NCBI GenBank assembly: GCA_028534125.1
Contig: CM052816.1
Span: 24,554,001-24,618,000, forward strand
Direction: 5' to 3'
Length of the DNA: 64,000 bases
Source of the DNA: Lama glama
Taxonomy: Eukaryota
The notes beneath the pieces were generated by a model that searched no databases, was not told the origin of the DNA, and saw nothing but the letters and a program-made list of their open reading frames with translations. Made by a program: the position numbers and the translations under genes. Below are positions 63,378-64,000 of the stretch, piece by piece (the stretch's first letter is position 1; the number at the start of each line of letters is the position of its first letter).

Positions 63378-64000
63378 GGCCTTCATACACTGCTGGTAGG
63401 CATGTAAAATGGTATAGCTGCTTTGGAAAACAGTTTGCCAGTTTCTCAAAAAGTTAAACATAGAATTATCATATGACCCAGCAATCCCACTTCTAGGTAT
63501 ATGCTCAAGAGAAGTGAAAACATATGTCCACATGAAGACCTGCACAGAAATATTCACAGCAGCAGTATTCATAGTAACCAAGTGGAGACAACTTAAATTT
63601 TCACCAACAGGTGGACAGACAAAATGTGGTTTATCCATATAATGGAATACTATTCAGCAATGAAAAGTAATGAACCACTGACATATACTACTTCACAGAT
63701 GAAACCTCAAAAACATGATGGTAAGTGAAAGAAGCCAGATACAAGAGACACCTATTATATATGATTCCATTTATATGAAATGCCCAGAAAAGGCAATATA
63801 CAGAGAGAAAGTAGAGCAGTGACCACATGGGGTTGGGGGTGGGAGCAGGGATTAGTACAAAGAACTCTTATGGTGTGGGGAGTGTTCTAAAACTGGGTAT
63901 GATGATGGTGTACCACTCAGTAAAGTTACTAAAAGTCACTGAATTGTACACATGAAATGGTAAATTTTATGATATGTAAAATACACCTCAATAAACCTGC
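63378..64000 (+). mobile_element. L1MB/MC-like 3' end
   Basis: catacactgctggtagg.atgtaaaatggta...gacccagcaatcccactt...cacctcaataaa. Confidence 0.85.

Larger units (their letters stand above)
13820..64000 (-). other. GRAMD2B: GRAMD2B (GRAMD3) gene span, 5'-incomplete: exons 2-14, 3'UTR and most of intron 1
   Basis: 13 spliced exons translate into a continuous protein matching recalled human GRAMD2B (SEAENGVEEKKK ... GRAM domain FTCALQKEILYQGKLFVSENWICFHSKVFG ... TM segment ... IQNNLQKLLENGD*). The 3' end position is approximate and the canonical exon 1 was not found. Confidence 0.93.

Noticed and set aside
1..64000. CRISPR arrays, operons or other prokaryotic systems
   Set aside because: The sequence is intron-containing mammalian DNA with no regularly spaced repeat-spacer array

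Overview
Mammalian genomic DNA, most likely a camelid (alpaca, llama or camel), judged from several young tRNA-derived SINEs resembling Vic-1 and cetartiodactyl-type L1 3' ends. The main feature is GRAMD2B (GRAMD3) on the minus strand. I traced 13 coding exons (exons 2-14, 38832 down to 15017, 1216 coding nt) with canonical AG/GT boundaries and consistent phase. The canonical first exon was not found and probably lies beyond 64000, so about 38.8-64 kb is intron 1. The region left of the gene's 3' end (1-13.8 kb) is repeat-rich. It holds an L1 ORF1/5'UTR remnant, an unidentified polyadenylated retrocopy-like segment, and an old ERVL element interrupted by a 5'-truncated processed pseudogene of SNX15. 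The most interesting signal is at the SNX15/ERVL junction. It is now CpG-rich, carries small insertions that create GC boxes, and is followed by an ATG and a splice donor on the + strand, making it a candidate promoter and first exon built from two dead elements. Most ORFs in the supplied track are spurious or repeat-derived. Family and gene assignments come from recalled sequences, not database searches.
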